Source: Tubiluchus corallicola (taxonomy: Eukaryota > Animalia > Priapulida). From it: 64,000 bases of DNA. Of this stretch, positions 15,101 through 27,677 are shown in pieces. The translations under genes and the position numbers were made by a program. The DNA lies in assembly GCA_030141605.1 (NCBI GenBank), contig JAQGDQ010000113.1, positions 248,001 to 312,000 of the forward strand. The letters run 5' to 3'. Each line of letters starts with the position of its first letter. Position 1 is the stretch's first letter. The notes under the pieces are model-generated. The model had not been told where the DNA came from and made no database searches. It saw only the letters and a list, made by a program, of their open reading frames with translations.

Positions 15101-15231
15101 AGTTTACAATTCCTCACACAATTTAAATACACTAACCCAAACCCTAACTCTGACACTAACGCTCTATAAACCTAACCCCAACCCTAATCCGCTTAATGAA
15201 CTAATTTCTTGTGTGTGGGGAATTGCAAACT
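15101..15231. mobile_element. Short inverted-repeat element with internal CCCTAA-like repeats (MITE/Helentron-associated type)
   Basis: agtttacaattcctcacaca is paired with tgtgtggggaattgcaaact; the interior has degenerate ccctaa units. Confidence 0.6.
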
Positions 15232-15554
15232 TCAGCCAAGTGCTATTATCTTAATAAGTTTGGTATCAATTATCACCAGCAATAATATTTGTAAATTGCT
15301 GCAATATAATAATGAAATTAATAAGTACCTGTAAGTAGGCAAAGAAAGTAAATAATTTTTTCTAATATTTACAACACAAAATAAACAAAAAAGTTAAAAG
15401 CAAAACAGAAGAGACAATACCTAAAAACCTCACCTACTGCAACTTATCAAATGCAAAATAAAATTTCTACAATTACCAAACCAAACAAATCTTCGTTGAT
15501 TTCATGTTATTAAAGTTTATTGTCAATAATCTTTCAGTGTCTGGAAAATTGTTA

Positions 15555-15725
15555 TTTTGACTTCAGGGCATCAGCAAATGATCTCTCACCATATACCGTA
15601 AAAGGCAATGAAGCGATCATCATTAGACATGATGGCCTAAAGGTTAATAGTTTTCGTAAGGGATCGATAAGTAATACTAGCTTGGAGCGAAACTGTTTTT
15701 CATGGAGGAATTTGCTGTATACGGG
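15555..15725 (-). mobile_element. Decayed L2/CR1-type LINE ORF2 C-terminal remnant
   Basis: Minus-strand translation ends ...RPSCLMMIASLPFTVYGERSF, resembling the RS-x-P-x-YGxRSF terminus of L2/CR1 ORF2. Confidence 0.35.
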
Positions 15726-16519
15726 ATTAAAGTCAACAATTACTAATTACTACACATTTTAGTTTACGCCCTAAATAATTACCGTATAAATATCAGAAAT
15801 GACTGTAAGCGTAGGTGCATGACTGTAAAGTAGATATAGAGAAAATCGAGGAAATTTATATAATCAATATAGGTATTTCCGTTAGAGGAAAACAACAGCC
15901 ATTCTTAGATCATAAATAAAAGTGCTATAAGATATAAAAATATTATAAAAATATTACTGTAACGCAACTGTGATTTGCAAAATTATCCTGTGTTCCTTGT
16001 AAAGCGGTTTGTGACTACAGAGATAATCCTAGTTCAACAAAATTGTGCCATATTAGTGTCACAATACGAATCAAAACTCATGAATCAAACTTGTAATGCA
16101 CGGTTTATAGCGGTAATGTTAAGTAGCAAACCTAGCCACCTTGTAAAGTAATATGGATCACCTCTGTTTTTAATAGTAATTTCCTATAAACACAAATCTA
16201 AGCCCATTAGGATGCTCCCAGCTCTCTTTAGTGATAGCATTATAGCAAACTGGTTTCTCCTTTCTATTTGTTAACGGTCAGTTTTAATTTCAAGGTTGGA
16301 TGACTTCGGATTGACAAACCTATGAGACCGTTTGAGTATTTCTTTCTCTGGCTTTCTAACAACTTTTAAACGGATTGAAACTAACTATGCTTTAATCCTT
16401 GTCCAGATTATTTCGCCTGATTATGAAAAGTCACTGACATTTCTTCAGCTTCGGTTAGTATCAGTAAAACCGACGATCTAGGTGGATAGAGTGAAGATGA
16501 AAGACAGTAAGAAAAACAG

Positions 16520-17364
<845 letters not shown>

Positions 17365-17634
17365 TGGAACTTTGTTACACTGAAATGATGCCGCTGTTTC
17401 AGTATGACAAGGTTGTACAATATTTTCCCATTATTTATTTTTCGTGTCTCATAGTAAACTCACTTACTCCTCTTTTAAGTTGTAGCTCTAGACGGAGATT
17501 TTTATAGAATTGCTACAAATACATGAAATTTATTGTAAGTGGCACAAAATTTCAAAAATACAGTCACATACATTATAAACGCAACTGAATTTGCATTTAA
17601 TTGTTATTGAACATGATGATGGCAATGTGATGGT

Positions 17635-17820
17635 GACAGCAACGAGAACAACAACAACCCACAGCAGTAGTATATAATAATAACAAGAGCAACAACAGCA
17701 AAAACAGCAACAATAGACGGCTGCAATAGCAATAACAACGATGACAACGGCAAGAGCAGTAGCAACAACAACCACAACGAGAAATTGCCAACAACAGCAA
17801 CAATAACAAACAACAACAAT
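17635..17820. repeat. Degenerate (AAC/AGC) trinucleotide low-complexity tract
   Basis: Direct inspection. Confidence 0.85.
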
Positions 17821-19612
17821 CATTTACATGTTTCGAAGAAAGACTTATTAAATACTCCACTTGACTTAAATGACCTGAATACTTAACATGTGGTAGCAGA
17901 TCAGGAAACATGGTATTAAAAGAAATGAGCGATGCTATGTTGCATAACGGAAACACCTAAGATGAAAAAGCGGTATAGCAAAGATAAAGTAGATCTGCAG
18001 TAAAAAAACGAATAATTTGTGTAAAAATTATTCACAGAAAAAACACCTAAATTATGCTGACTACTTGCTGTTTCTAGAGTTTTAATGCTGCAGCAAATAT
18101 AAAGTTTTAGTTGTAGTGCTGGATTATTTGAATCAATAATTTAGGTTCGAATCGAATTCGAAATTAAAAAAACTCATTCGAATAGGACTCGAACGTTCGC
18201 TGCTCATTTCTACTTCTAATATGGAATTCCGTTGTGATTTCCATTTGAATGCATTAGTCCTGGCCAATATTTTTCTTTAACTTTCTGACTTCACCTGGCT
18301 TTCTTGTTTGTGTAAATTTACTTGAATTTGTTACAACAATAATTGCTACTATTGTGGGGGTTTGTTCTAATTATTCAGCTATAATTATTCGAAGCTTATT
18401 GAAGAAGGCGGTACTCAAGCAGTAGTATGCCACAGTCGTCAAGAAGAAGCGATATACTGTTCTGCCGGTCACAGGCAACTGAGGCAAGAGACTATCGTGA
18501 CGCGCCAATCATGAAAATGCGCTTAACGGCACAGTGTTTATGCTGTAAGTTTTTGCCGGATATTGTTTGGTTTTGTCAATTTTGCTGTCGTGGTTAGTTC
18601 TATTTTACTAATTTTTCCAGCTTATGTAAATTGAAAAAAGCGATGTGAGGAATAGGTAGCGATCTTTCGCAAAATCTTTTATTAAGTCCGCTAACTTACC
18701 GGGCATAGGTTAGACGGTGAAGAAAAAGGCGCTTAATATAAAATATTGGGTTAAACTGTAATGCTGGAGCGAAGCTGGACCGAAGCCCGACTGAATTTTT
18801 TTTCCGAAATTTAACTGAACCAAATTTTCTTGTAATGAAACAAATAGTGGTGAGTTGTGTAAAATTGGAAATTGTTCTGATCACTAAATCTGCGTACAGG
18901 AAGCAAAATGTCGGCTGTTGTGTCATGTCTGCTGTTTACTGTCAGCTTTTTCAGAAGATTTTTCCAAGTATTATGGGGAAATATTTGGTTTGTTTAATAT
19001 AATCTTCACCGAATGTGATAATTATTAAAAAGTAACTTACATATACGAAGGTTTGCCGAACCTTTCACGATTACAACCGAAGTTTACCTGACCAGATTTT
19101 TATACTGATATTTGAAGAAAAAATTTCAGAGATCCGAAGATTCTTTGCATCCCTACCTGTAACTGATTTGACAGTATTCACGAATATTGCCGACTGTTAA
19201 ATTCTTCCCATCTTGTTTAATGTTTATTTTGTGCATGCAAAGGCTTGTAGTCAACTCATATTGTTGAGTATATTCAAATATATACCCATAGGCATTACTG
19301 CCGTTAAACATGCTGAATGGTTGGCATGCTATTAAATTTGCATGTAGCGATAAGGCCTCCTTAATGTAGATGTGAGAAGACAAAACTTGGTTTATTGTCA
19401 ATGGCAACCTACTAAGGTGACCACTTTAGTAGTAGAGGTATCTTAGCCATGTTCGGTTGTATATACATCGTCTATCTGAAATGATCATGAAATATAGACA
19501 AAAAGGCAATAAAGAATTAGGTTGTGAGTTGAGTGTTTGGCAACTAACCATTTTTTACTGCAACAAACAATGATTGTCGGAACATTTCAAGTTCTTTTTT
19601 TTATTTTTTCAG

Positions 19613-19720
19613 GTAGTTGACATGCTGCCAATGATGAAGTTTGCATTGGTGTTTCAAAGGAACTCCTTGTAATTATTCCATTCATTCTACAAATGCTTGA
19701 TAAGCAAAGAAATCTTAGTG
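19613..19720 (+). other. Putative non-coding 5' UTR exon of NEK1
   Basis: Strong polypyrimidine acceptor ttttttttattttttcag at 19612, donor G|gtaaat at 19721, and a matching acceptor ctattttttcag-like at 21043 just upstream of the NEK1 ATG. Confidence 0.45.
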
Positions 19721-21084
19721 GTAAATGTTTTATTAAATGTATACATGCAAAAAATTATATTGATCAGCTCTTTATTTGAGGAACCATTGTTTCTTTTCTA
19801 TATTTAAATTTAATTTTAAACTCCATTTAAATTTACTCTTGTCTTTTATTTTACAATCACATTTTGTGAAGCTGCTTCTCTGGCAATCTTTTTGTATGTA
19901 ACAGACCTGAACAGGCAACTGCTTTTAGCGCTCACATTGTAAAAAGCTTTTTATCGATTTAAAGATATAAGATCTGAGATAGTGATAAAGCATGAGTTGC
20001 ATTTACACTACAAGCTAGGTTTAAACACAAATAAAATACTTATTGTCACTTCCTCACCCCTATTTTGTGTTTCCATATTAATCCATGTGTTTGGTTAATT
20101 TTAAATTATCAGTTACGTTATTACTAACTGTAATGTGTTGTGAGCAGTTTCATTTAGCTTTTTTGTATTTCATGATTGCAATGATTCGTCTTAGCTATGT
20201 AATTTACCAAGGTATGCAACGCAAGAATTAGTTCTTTTTTACAAAAAATACAGTACAGGCATTTGTTATATAAGATTGTTTTGGCTACTTATTTTCACCA
20301 TAGTGGAGATTTATTATATTTTAAAGTTGAACTAACTGGCCAGTCATTGTTCATAAAAAATTCTCAATTACTTCTCAGTTAACATTACTGAACTAATGTT
20401 ATTTTCTAACTTCAAATTTTAAAATTCAGAAAAAACCATCTGCCTTTTCTACGTTTATATGAAAATAATTATAAGAGATTTCCAAATTTTTTTGTAAAAG
20501 AATAGACATATTTTCCACAAACTCTTGAAATTTATCAAAATAAGGTTACACCTCAATTATTGCTTTATTTGAAATTTGGGGTTTATGATGACTGGCTAGT
20601 AATAAAAACATGATGAAAACAGTGATATAGCTTCTATAGTTGTATTTATACTGTAGATCAGTTTATGGTTCTAAAGAATAAACAGTTATATAAATTTGAA
20701 AAATTTATATATTTTTTTCCTATTTCTAGCTTACATATGTTGTATGTGTAGTAGTTCAAGATTCACACTTTTTGTGATATAAAGTTTTGGACCGTATTGT
20801 CATTTTACAGTTAACTTTCTTAAAAAAAGGTTATGAAATCAAAAATTACTTATAGTAACATTAATTTTTTAACAGTAACATCAATTTAGTAATTAACATT
20901 AGTAGCTTGGCCCAATTAAAATTGGTCTATTTTCGACATCAATTTTTCCTAGTAGGATTGCAGATTTGTGTATTACTAATAATACATTTCTATTTTTGTG
21001 TCACTATGTTTGAACTTAAAATTATGCTTCTACTATTTTTCAGGTTCTGTTTAAAAACACCATTTATTGGCAGGAGATCTCATA

Positions 21085-24000
21085 ATGGACAACTATGACC
21101 ATGTAAGGGTTGTTGGTGAAGGAGCATTTGGAAAAGCTATGCTTGTGAAGGCAAAAGATGATGGTGGGCAGTATGTCATCAAGCGGATTAACATGACTAA
21201 AATGTCAAGAAGGGAGCGAGAGGAAGCAAGAAAGGAGGTATCTGTCCTCTCGCAGATGCGACATCCATACATTGTCAGATACCGGGAGTCATTCGAGGAA
21301 GAAGCAACCTTGCACATTGTGATGGAGTTCTGCGATGGTGGTGATTTGTTTACCCACTTAAATGCTCAGCATGGAGTTCTGTTGCCTGAGAGTAAGATTC
21401 TTGACTGGTTTACACAAATCTGTCTGGCCGTCAAGCACATGCATGATCGTAAGATTCTCCACCGTGACCTAAAATCCCAAAACGTGTTTTTAACACTAGA
21501 CGGTAAAGTTAAGATTGGCGACTTTGGCATAGCCCGAATTTTAACCCACACTCAGGATTTCGCGCGCACTTGCATCGGTACTCCGTATTATCTGTCACCA
21601 GAAATTTGTGAAAACAAACCATATAATAACAAAAGTGATGTGTGGTCTTTGGGTTGCATTTTATACGAAATGGCAACTCTTCGACACCCATTTGAGGCGG
21701 GAAATATGAAAAATTTAGTGCTGAAGATTGTTCGTGGTTCATATCCTCCTGTATCGAATGTGTTTTCTTATGATTTAAGAAATTTAATTGCCCTTCTGTT
21801 TAAGCGAAACCCTAAAGATCGACCATCGATTAATAATGTACTGAAAAAGAATTTTATATTCAAGCATGTTCAGAAACTCTTGTCAGAGGAACAGTTATGT
21901 GATGAGTTTGGAGAAAGTTACGGTCAAGCAGCAAAAGATGAAGTTAGCCGAAAAACCCGCACTACAACACGAGCAGTGCCATCTGGCATGAAAATAGAGA
22001 AAATGCCGATTAATTCTCAGCGCAAAATTGAAGAGCAACAGAGAAACTTAGCCGTGCGAAGAGAGAACTTGATTCAGAAAGAGAAGCAGCGGCGCGAGAG
22101 TTTACGACAGATCGATAATCATCAAAGGCATCTTAAAGCGGTAGAGAAAAGGAGAAGGCTGTCAGAGGTTAACAAAGCACGTGAGCAAGGTTGGAAAGAT
22201 GTTGTTACTCCGGTACCTGCACCACCTGACGCACCTTGTGTACAGGATGTAGGTGCTCCAGCCGAACACAAACCGTATAATTTTTTTATGGAAGAGTTGA
22301 ATGCTATGAAAAAGAACCGAAATGTTAAACAGCAAAAAATTGGTGGGCCTTCAGCACATAAGGCAGGAGTGAAGAGGCAGCCAAGTGATGCAGAAGCTGA
22401 GCAAGCTAAACACGTTGAAGAATTTCTGGCACGCAAAAGGCAAGCAGCTGCAAACAAAGCCAGATGTCGTGATGATGAACCGCCAATGCATTACCAAACT
22501 CCCAGAAAACCCAGTGCTAAAGAAGTAAATGCATTACCTGCAAATAAAAAAGCTGGTGAACAGGAGTATTTAGCAAAGTTGCAAGCTATTCGTGTCCAAA
22601 ACTTTCAGGAGCGTCGCATGCTTCATGAAAAGTACGCTGCACGAGCAGTTGCAAGGAGCAGTACTCCTTCAAGTGTGGCTCAGCCAGCTAATGAAAATCA
22701 GAAACAAGTCCAACAAAAGGAAGCATTTAATGTTAAAGTGCAACATGAACACGAGGCTTCTGCAGTGAAAGAGAAAATGGCATTTCAACAAAAACCATTG
22801 CAAGAATTAGCTAACCAAATGCGAGCTATAAGTCAAGAAAAACCAAAAGCAGTGCCGCTACCCACCGAATATGCAGCCAAACTTGCAAAAGAACACAAAC
22901 CCGACCATATGGAAGAAAGACATCTTGAACAACATAAAAGACCAAAGTGGGGTAAGGTTGACGTCAAAGATATAGAAAATATGCCTCTTGAAGAAACAGC
23001 ATCTCATATGGATTCAACAGGTGTTTCAGAAGTACAGCAGTATCCTGCTGCTAGGAAAAAGTGGGAAGGACCATCGGAGTCTGTTTTAATCAAACTTGGT
23101 GAAGCAAGTTTAGTAGATCAAAGTATACCTATGGAAAAGACTGTTGATCAGTCCGCAGCTACTCAGAAACATGATGCTATGATGGATAAAAATGTAAAAG
23201 GTCTGGAAAAGCAGCCACCATCTCAGGAAAAAGCTGTTTCCTTTGATGTTAAAGTAAATAAAGCAGAATCTCAGGTGCCTCTTGGTAGTAAAAAGAAAAT
23301 TCCAGTTCAGAAACCTGTTGCATTTGTTGTTGAAATGGGAAGTGAATCGAGACAGTCACCCACGGGAAAGAAGCTGGTTGCTGTTTCCGAAGGAGGTATT
23401 GGAGAAACTGTTGTATTAAAAAAAACAGAGGTAGTGCAGCCCAGTGATGCTAAAACAAATGTGGAAAAAATGGACATGAACAAAAAGACTGTCAAACCTG
23501 TTGTAGAAGATATTAACAAAACAGTTACGCTGAATAAAGCAAGTGTTGCACAGGCTAGTATTGATAAAGAAGATGTGGCAGCAGGTGAAAGCAAAAGGGC
23601 TGTCAAACCTGTTTCTGGAGATATCGAGGAAACTATTAAAACAAGCGTACAAGATGTCATGCATGCTGGGAGTGACAAAGAGAATGCAGAACTCGAAAAA
23701 TGCAGAAAGTTAGGCAAGCCTGTCGTTACTAAAGCAAAATCAACGGCAAAAGTCTTAGGAGAGCCAAAGAGCAACGAAGTGCAGTTGGAAAGTGTACCAG
23801 AAAGCAGAAAACCTACTGCATCTAGACCTGTATCAGCCTTTACAAAACTTACTCACTTGATAAAGGGAAAAGGTAAGGGTGTTAAAGACCCAACAGATCC
23901 TAAAGGTGAAAGTGAAATGCATGCTGATGGTCCAATTTGTACTAACCCGAGTAATCCTATGAAGGCTTTACAAGGACCAAAGAGTGAAGAATATTCTGTA

Positions 24001-25071
24001 AAGTATGTAAATGATAATAGCACAAAGTCTGCTGACCTTGAAACTGTCTCCAAGGAGAAAAAAGATGGCACAAAAGGTAAGAAAGCAAAACAGGTGCATT
24101 CAGTTAATAACAATGCAAATAAGGATGCTGATATAGTCCAAAAAGGGCAATATAGTGAAATGTGTTACAGTGATAGGTCAACATCCCCGCAAGGCTGCAA
24201 TAATCAACAAATGAACATTGTTGGGGAGTCAGCACCAGATGGTGATTGTGGTAAACAAATAGGTGACTGTGATAAAGAAAGGCCAAATATTTTTAAGTGT
24301 TGGCAAGTTGATAGCATACATCCTGAAGTTGAAAGGATTTTTGAAAACATTTCACATGATTCCAAATGCATAAAACAACTTTGTGAAGTGTCACACTATG
24401 ATGAACTAGTCTCCAGCTTACGTTTGGGATCGTATGATGCAAAAGCTAGTTTCTTACGCACGTGTTCACTACCTGACCTAAGAAAGGAAAAACGATCGTC
24501 TCCAGACAAGATTTCTAGCAGCCAGTTAAACATGATCAGCAATGTAAATGATAATAATTGTAATGCTGTGACTTACACAAGTGATTTTGAAAGCTTTAGT
24601 TCTGCTAACGACACTGAATGCAGAGACTTAGAAGATATTAAACAAAGTTATGAGAAAATACTCAAGCTTGATGACACCCAAAGTGACTTTGAGGATGATG
24701 TTGAAGCTGAACTGTATTATTCTTGTGAACAATTTGATAGTGAAAGCACAGAATCATGTTCTGTCCGAAGTGATAGTGATATGTGGAGTGAAGAAAATCA
24801 GGAATGTGATGAAAAAAAGGAGAAGATTGCTGACTATGCTAGTGTATTTGAGCGTCTTGAAGAAGTTCGTGTCCGCTTAGAAAAGGATCTTGGTGGAGAC
24901 TTGTTCTTGAAAGCTTACCGGGTTCTGGAGGATATACAGAATGAGGAGGAGGACGGAAGGGAAGAGAGTTGTTGTCGGCTTGTGGAAAACATCATAGGAC
25001 AAGAAAATATGCATTTGTACCCGCAAATTTTGCATTTGGTAATGGCTGATGGTGCATATACGGATGTCTAA
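21085..25071 (+). CDS. NEK1: NIMA-related serine/threonine kinase NEK1, 1328 aa, single coding exon
   Basis: N-terminal kinase domain (GEGAFGKA, YVIK, HRDLKSQNVFL, DFGIARIL, GTPYYLSPEICENKPYNNKSDVWSLGC), coiled-coil region, NEK1-type LRTCSLPDL and C-terminal LHLVMADGAY motifs. First in-frame ATG is 21085; the ORF track starts at an upstream TTG. Confidence 0.95.
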   Translation: MDNYDHVRVVGEGAFGKAMLVKAKDDGGQYVIKRINMTKMSRREREEARKEVSVLSQMRHPYIVRYRESFEEEATLHIVMEFCDGGDLFTHLNAQHGVLLPESKILDWFTQICLAVKHMHDRKILHRDLKSQNVFLTLDGKVKIGDFGIARILTHTQDFARTCIGTPYYLSPEICENKPYNNKSDVWSLGCILYEMATLRHPFEAGNMKNLVLKIVRGSYPPVSNVFSYDLRNLIALLFKRNPKDRPSINNVLKKNFIFKHVQKLLSEEQLCDEFGESYGQAAKDEVSRKTRTTTRAVPSGMKIEKMPINSQRKIEEQQRNLAVRRENLIQKEKQRRESLRQIDNHQRHLKAVEKRRRLSEVNKAREQGWKDVVTPVPAPPDAPCVQDVGAPAEHKPYNFFMEELNAMKKNRNVKQQKIGGPSAHKAGVKRQPSDAEAEQAKHVEEFLARKRQAAANKARCRDDEPPMHYQTPRKPSAKEVNALPANKKAGEQEYLAKLQAIRVQNFQERRMLHEKYAARAVARSSTPSSVAQPANENQKQVQQKEAFNVKVQHEHEASAVKEKMAFQQKPLQELANQMRAISQEKPKAVPLPTEYAAKLAKEHKPDHMEERHLEQHKRPKWGKVDVKDIENMPLEETASHMDSTGVSEVQQYPAARKKWEGPSESVLIKLGEASLVDQSIPMEKTVDQSAATQKHDAMMDKNVKGLEKQPPSQEKAVSFDVKVNKAESQVPLGSKKKIPVQKPVAFVVEMGSESRQSPTGKKLVAVSEGGIGETVVLKKTEVVQPSDAKTNVEKMDMNKKTVKPVVEDINKTVTLNKASVAQASIDKEDVAAGESKRAVKPVSGDIEETIKTSVQDVMHAGSDKENAELEKCRKLGKPVVTKAKSTAKVLGEPKSNEVQLESVPESRKPTASRPVSAFTKLTHLIKGKGKGVKDPTDPKGESEMHADGPICTNPSNPMKALQGPKSEEYSVKYVNDNSTKSADLETVSKEKKDGTKGKKAKQVHSVNNNANKDADIVQKGQYSEMCYSDRSTSPQGCNNQQMNIVGESAPDGDCGKQIGDCDKERPNIFKCWQVDSIHPEVERIFENISHDSKCIKQLCEVSHYDELVSSLRLGSYDAKASFLRTCSLPDLRKEKRSSPDKISSSQLNMISNVNDNNCNAVTYTSDFESFSSANDTECRDLEDIKQSYEKILKLDDTQSDFEDDVEAELYYSCEQFDSESTESCSVRSDSDMWSEENQECDEKKEKIADYASVFERLEEVRVRLEKDLGGDLFLKAYRVLEDIQNEEEDGREESCCRLVENIIGQENMHLYPQILHLVMADGAYTDV

Positions 25072-25650
25072 TATTAGCTGTTTAATTTTTATGCTATTAT
25101 CAAAGCGTGTTTGTTGACACTGACTTTTCTACAAATCTTCTGTGCGATGCAAGTTTGATGATTTTTGTGATACAGTTATTTGTGATCAAATTAAAGCAAG
25201 TGAGAATGTTCTTCATGCATGTGGAATTATGTGATATATACTAGCATCCGTCCTTAGTGTGTCATCAATATAGTTGTTAGATATAGAAGTTGCTGGCACA
25301 ATACTTGTTCAGAGGTTGTTATTAAAAAGTTGAAAAGTTATCAGAATTATTTGCTTGTATTTTAGAAGAACTATACATTTCTCTATCTGTCCATGAATTG
25401 TTACACTGTAATTTTTCTTTGCACTGTTTTTATGACAGCAAATCGGCTGTTGTATCATTATCATTATTGCTTTGTTGTGATGTAGTATTGCCGACTGAGA
25501 GAGGAAAAGAATTGAGCTATGTGTTTTTGTTTTATTACCAAAGACTTCAGTTGGTTGTGATTTACAAATTGTTTGTTTTTATTATTATTACTATTATTAT
25601 TATTATTATCATCATCATTACATATGTACTGAAACTGTAGAAAATACCAA

Positions 25651-25656
25651 AATAAA
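25651..25656 (+). terminator. Candidate polyadenylation signal for NEK1
   Basis: AATAAA about 580 nt after the stop, followed by T/GT-rich sequence; ATTAAA alternatives near 25190 and 25321. Confidence 0.35.
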
Positions 25657-26629
25657 CATAGCCTGTCTTTAATTTTTTGCTGCAATCGCTTTGTATTTCA
25701 GTTATCAATGTCTTGTTCAAGATGAAGAGTAGCAGTGATTAATTTCGACATCATAATTTTTTAAGGTCACTAAGTCGTATACGCGCTTCACGTGAATAAT
25801 ATTATTGAAACAGTTATGCTGACTGTAATATTGCACAAAACATTAATTTTTCCTGTTGATAGATATTAAAAAACAGCGTTATGTAAACAGAATAGAACCT
25901 ATAATTATTTAAGATCACTATCTAGTAACCGAAATTTAAACATACATAAGATAAAGTATATTCACAATAAGACGGTCTAATTTGCGAAACTCGCAAAATA
26001 CGGTTTTAAAGAAATGGGACATGCCACGCCCCAGCTCTTGGTAATAGGCCCAAACAACATAGAAGTTTTGTTTAATTTAACGAGCTCAGTTTAGCCCACA
26101 AGAAGTACTGTAAATTGCATAATCACATTTAGTTTTGCTGAGCGAGTTTTCAGTTTGCTGAGCTGCTTTCTTTGCCATATTTTTCAATCAAGAAACTAGC
26201 GCTAACGTTTCCATTACAATTGAAAGGTAACAAATAAACAATTATCACCTTTAATTAGTAAATTATTTGATGCTTTTCTGAAATAATAAAATTTCTTTCA
26301 AAAAACGCGATAAAAGTTTTTGATTGCACTAATACTGATTGTCACTAATATCACTCCTTTATTTTGTTTCGCTCACTAGTTTTTGCACGTTTTAAGATCT
26401 AAAGGCGTCATTTAGCCGAATTACGCCAAATTTATTTTAACATACTACACGTTTAAGATAATTATGTGGAAAAATATGAGTACCAAAAAACTGCGAAATT
26501 CGCAATGAATGAATCAATAAATAATAAATACAAAAAGAGGTGTCTTACAAAACTGTCTCTTTACATTATAATAGCCTACTTTGGATAGTATTAGGTTATT
26601 CGTTTTTAAAGTAGGGCCTAACTGGGTTT

Positions 26630-26765
26630 ATGACCAGGTGGTATTGTCTAAAGATAACGCGTGCGCTTTCCGTCTGGGAGGTCATGAGTTCAACACTGGG
26701 GTTATACCAAAGACTTCAAAAAGTTGCTGTGCCAGGCGCGTGGTTTTTATGCCAAATATGGGGTA
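26630..26765 (+). mobile_element. tRNA-derived SINE remnant (MetaSINE-like core)
   Basis: A-box-like GGTGGTATTGTC, B-box-like GAGTTCAACAC, then ATACCAAAGACTTCAAAAA, resembling the conserved ATACCAAAGACT core of metazoan SINEs. Confidence 0.55.
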
Positions 26766-27208
26766 ATAATAATAATCTCTGTTATGTAGGTGTAGCTTGT
26801 CATTTACAGTCGGCGAAAACAAATCTCATGCAACCTTTTGTAGTGCGTTGAATTTAAAGCTGACTTTAATATAAAGGTTATTATTATACGTATTAGCATG
26901 TAAACGTTGTCTTTAGTAGTCAATTGTAGCTATTTTTAGCTACAGATAGTTACAGATATTAGTCAATCATAGTTGTCCCAAATTTCGAAAACAGGCTCAA
27001 CTTCCTCCACCTAACGTTTTGCAATTTACCACTAATTTTCAAACATCGACAACAACAGAAAAGACATTATCGCCTTTTTCCAATTAGAAAACATTGTTAG
27101 TGACACTCTGCAACATGAGGAAGGGTAACGGCATGTACTAGTAATTCAGGTTATGTTGCTAATGATATATAACATCACAAGGTGAATTACCTGTCAGAAG
27201 GAATCGAC

Positions 27209-27677
27209 CGTTCAGACAACCGAGTTTTTCTCTCCGACATCGAACTCGCAAGTGTGGTTTGCTCTGCGAGTTACTGTTGGCAAATTATTGCAAGCTCTCT
27301 GACAGTTGCTGCCAGCTGATTTCCTGCGGGTTACTGTCTAGTGTGAACGCCGAGTTGTGTCGAAGAGTAGCTCGCAACAAATTTTGCTCTCTAGTCTAAA
27401 TACTCTTGCGAGTTACTTGACGAGTTAAGTGGCGTTTACTTAGCATCCGGAATGCGTATGCGTTAGTAGGGTGCGGAATAGATATATTCGATTTGTACTG
27501 TTTTCAATGCACTCGCTTGTCAGACCTGCATTGTGCTTTGTTTTTTTCTGCAGCTAATTCACACTGATTTTTATTCCCCAGCTATTTCGCCGGTGAACAA
27601 CGCATAACGCATACGCATTCCTGATTTTAGTAAGCGGCACTTTAACTTGGCGAGATAACTCGCTAGTCTGAACGCGC
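27209..27677. mobile_element. MITE (PIF/Harbinger-like termini) containing a nested second MITE
   Basis: Termini cgttcagacaaccgagtt / aactcgctagtctgaacg are inverted; internal ctcgc/gcgag subrepeats; related partial copy at 53641-53743. Confidence 0.65.
27425..27645. mobile_element. Nested MITE with ~38-bp TIRs, bounded by TTAA
   Basis: ttaagtggcgtttacttagcatccggaatgcgtatgcgtt vs aacgcatacgcattcctgattttagtaagcggcactttaa. Confidence 0.7.

Noticed and set aside
18696-19407. Two minus-strand ORFs ending near donor-like sites (possible divergent gene)
   Set aside because: No recognisable protein features or consistent exon chain.
21093-24286. Antisense ORFs over NEK1
   Set aside because: Shadow frames of a long real CDS.
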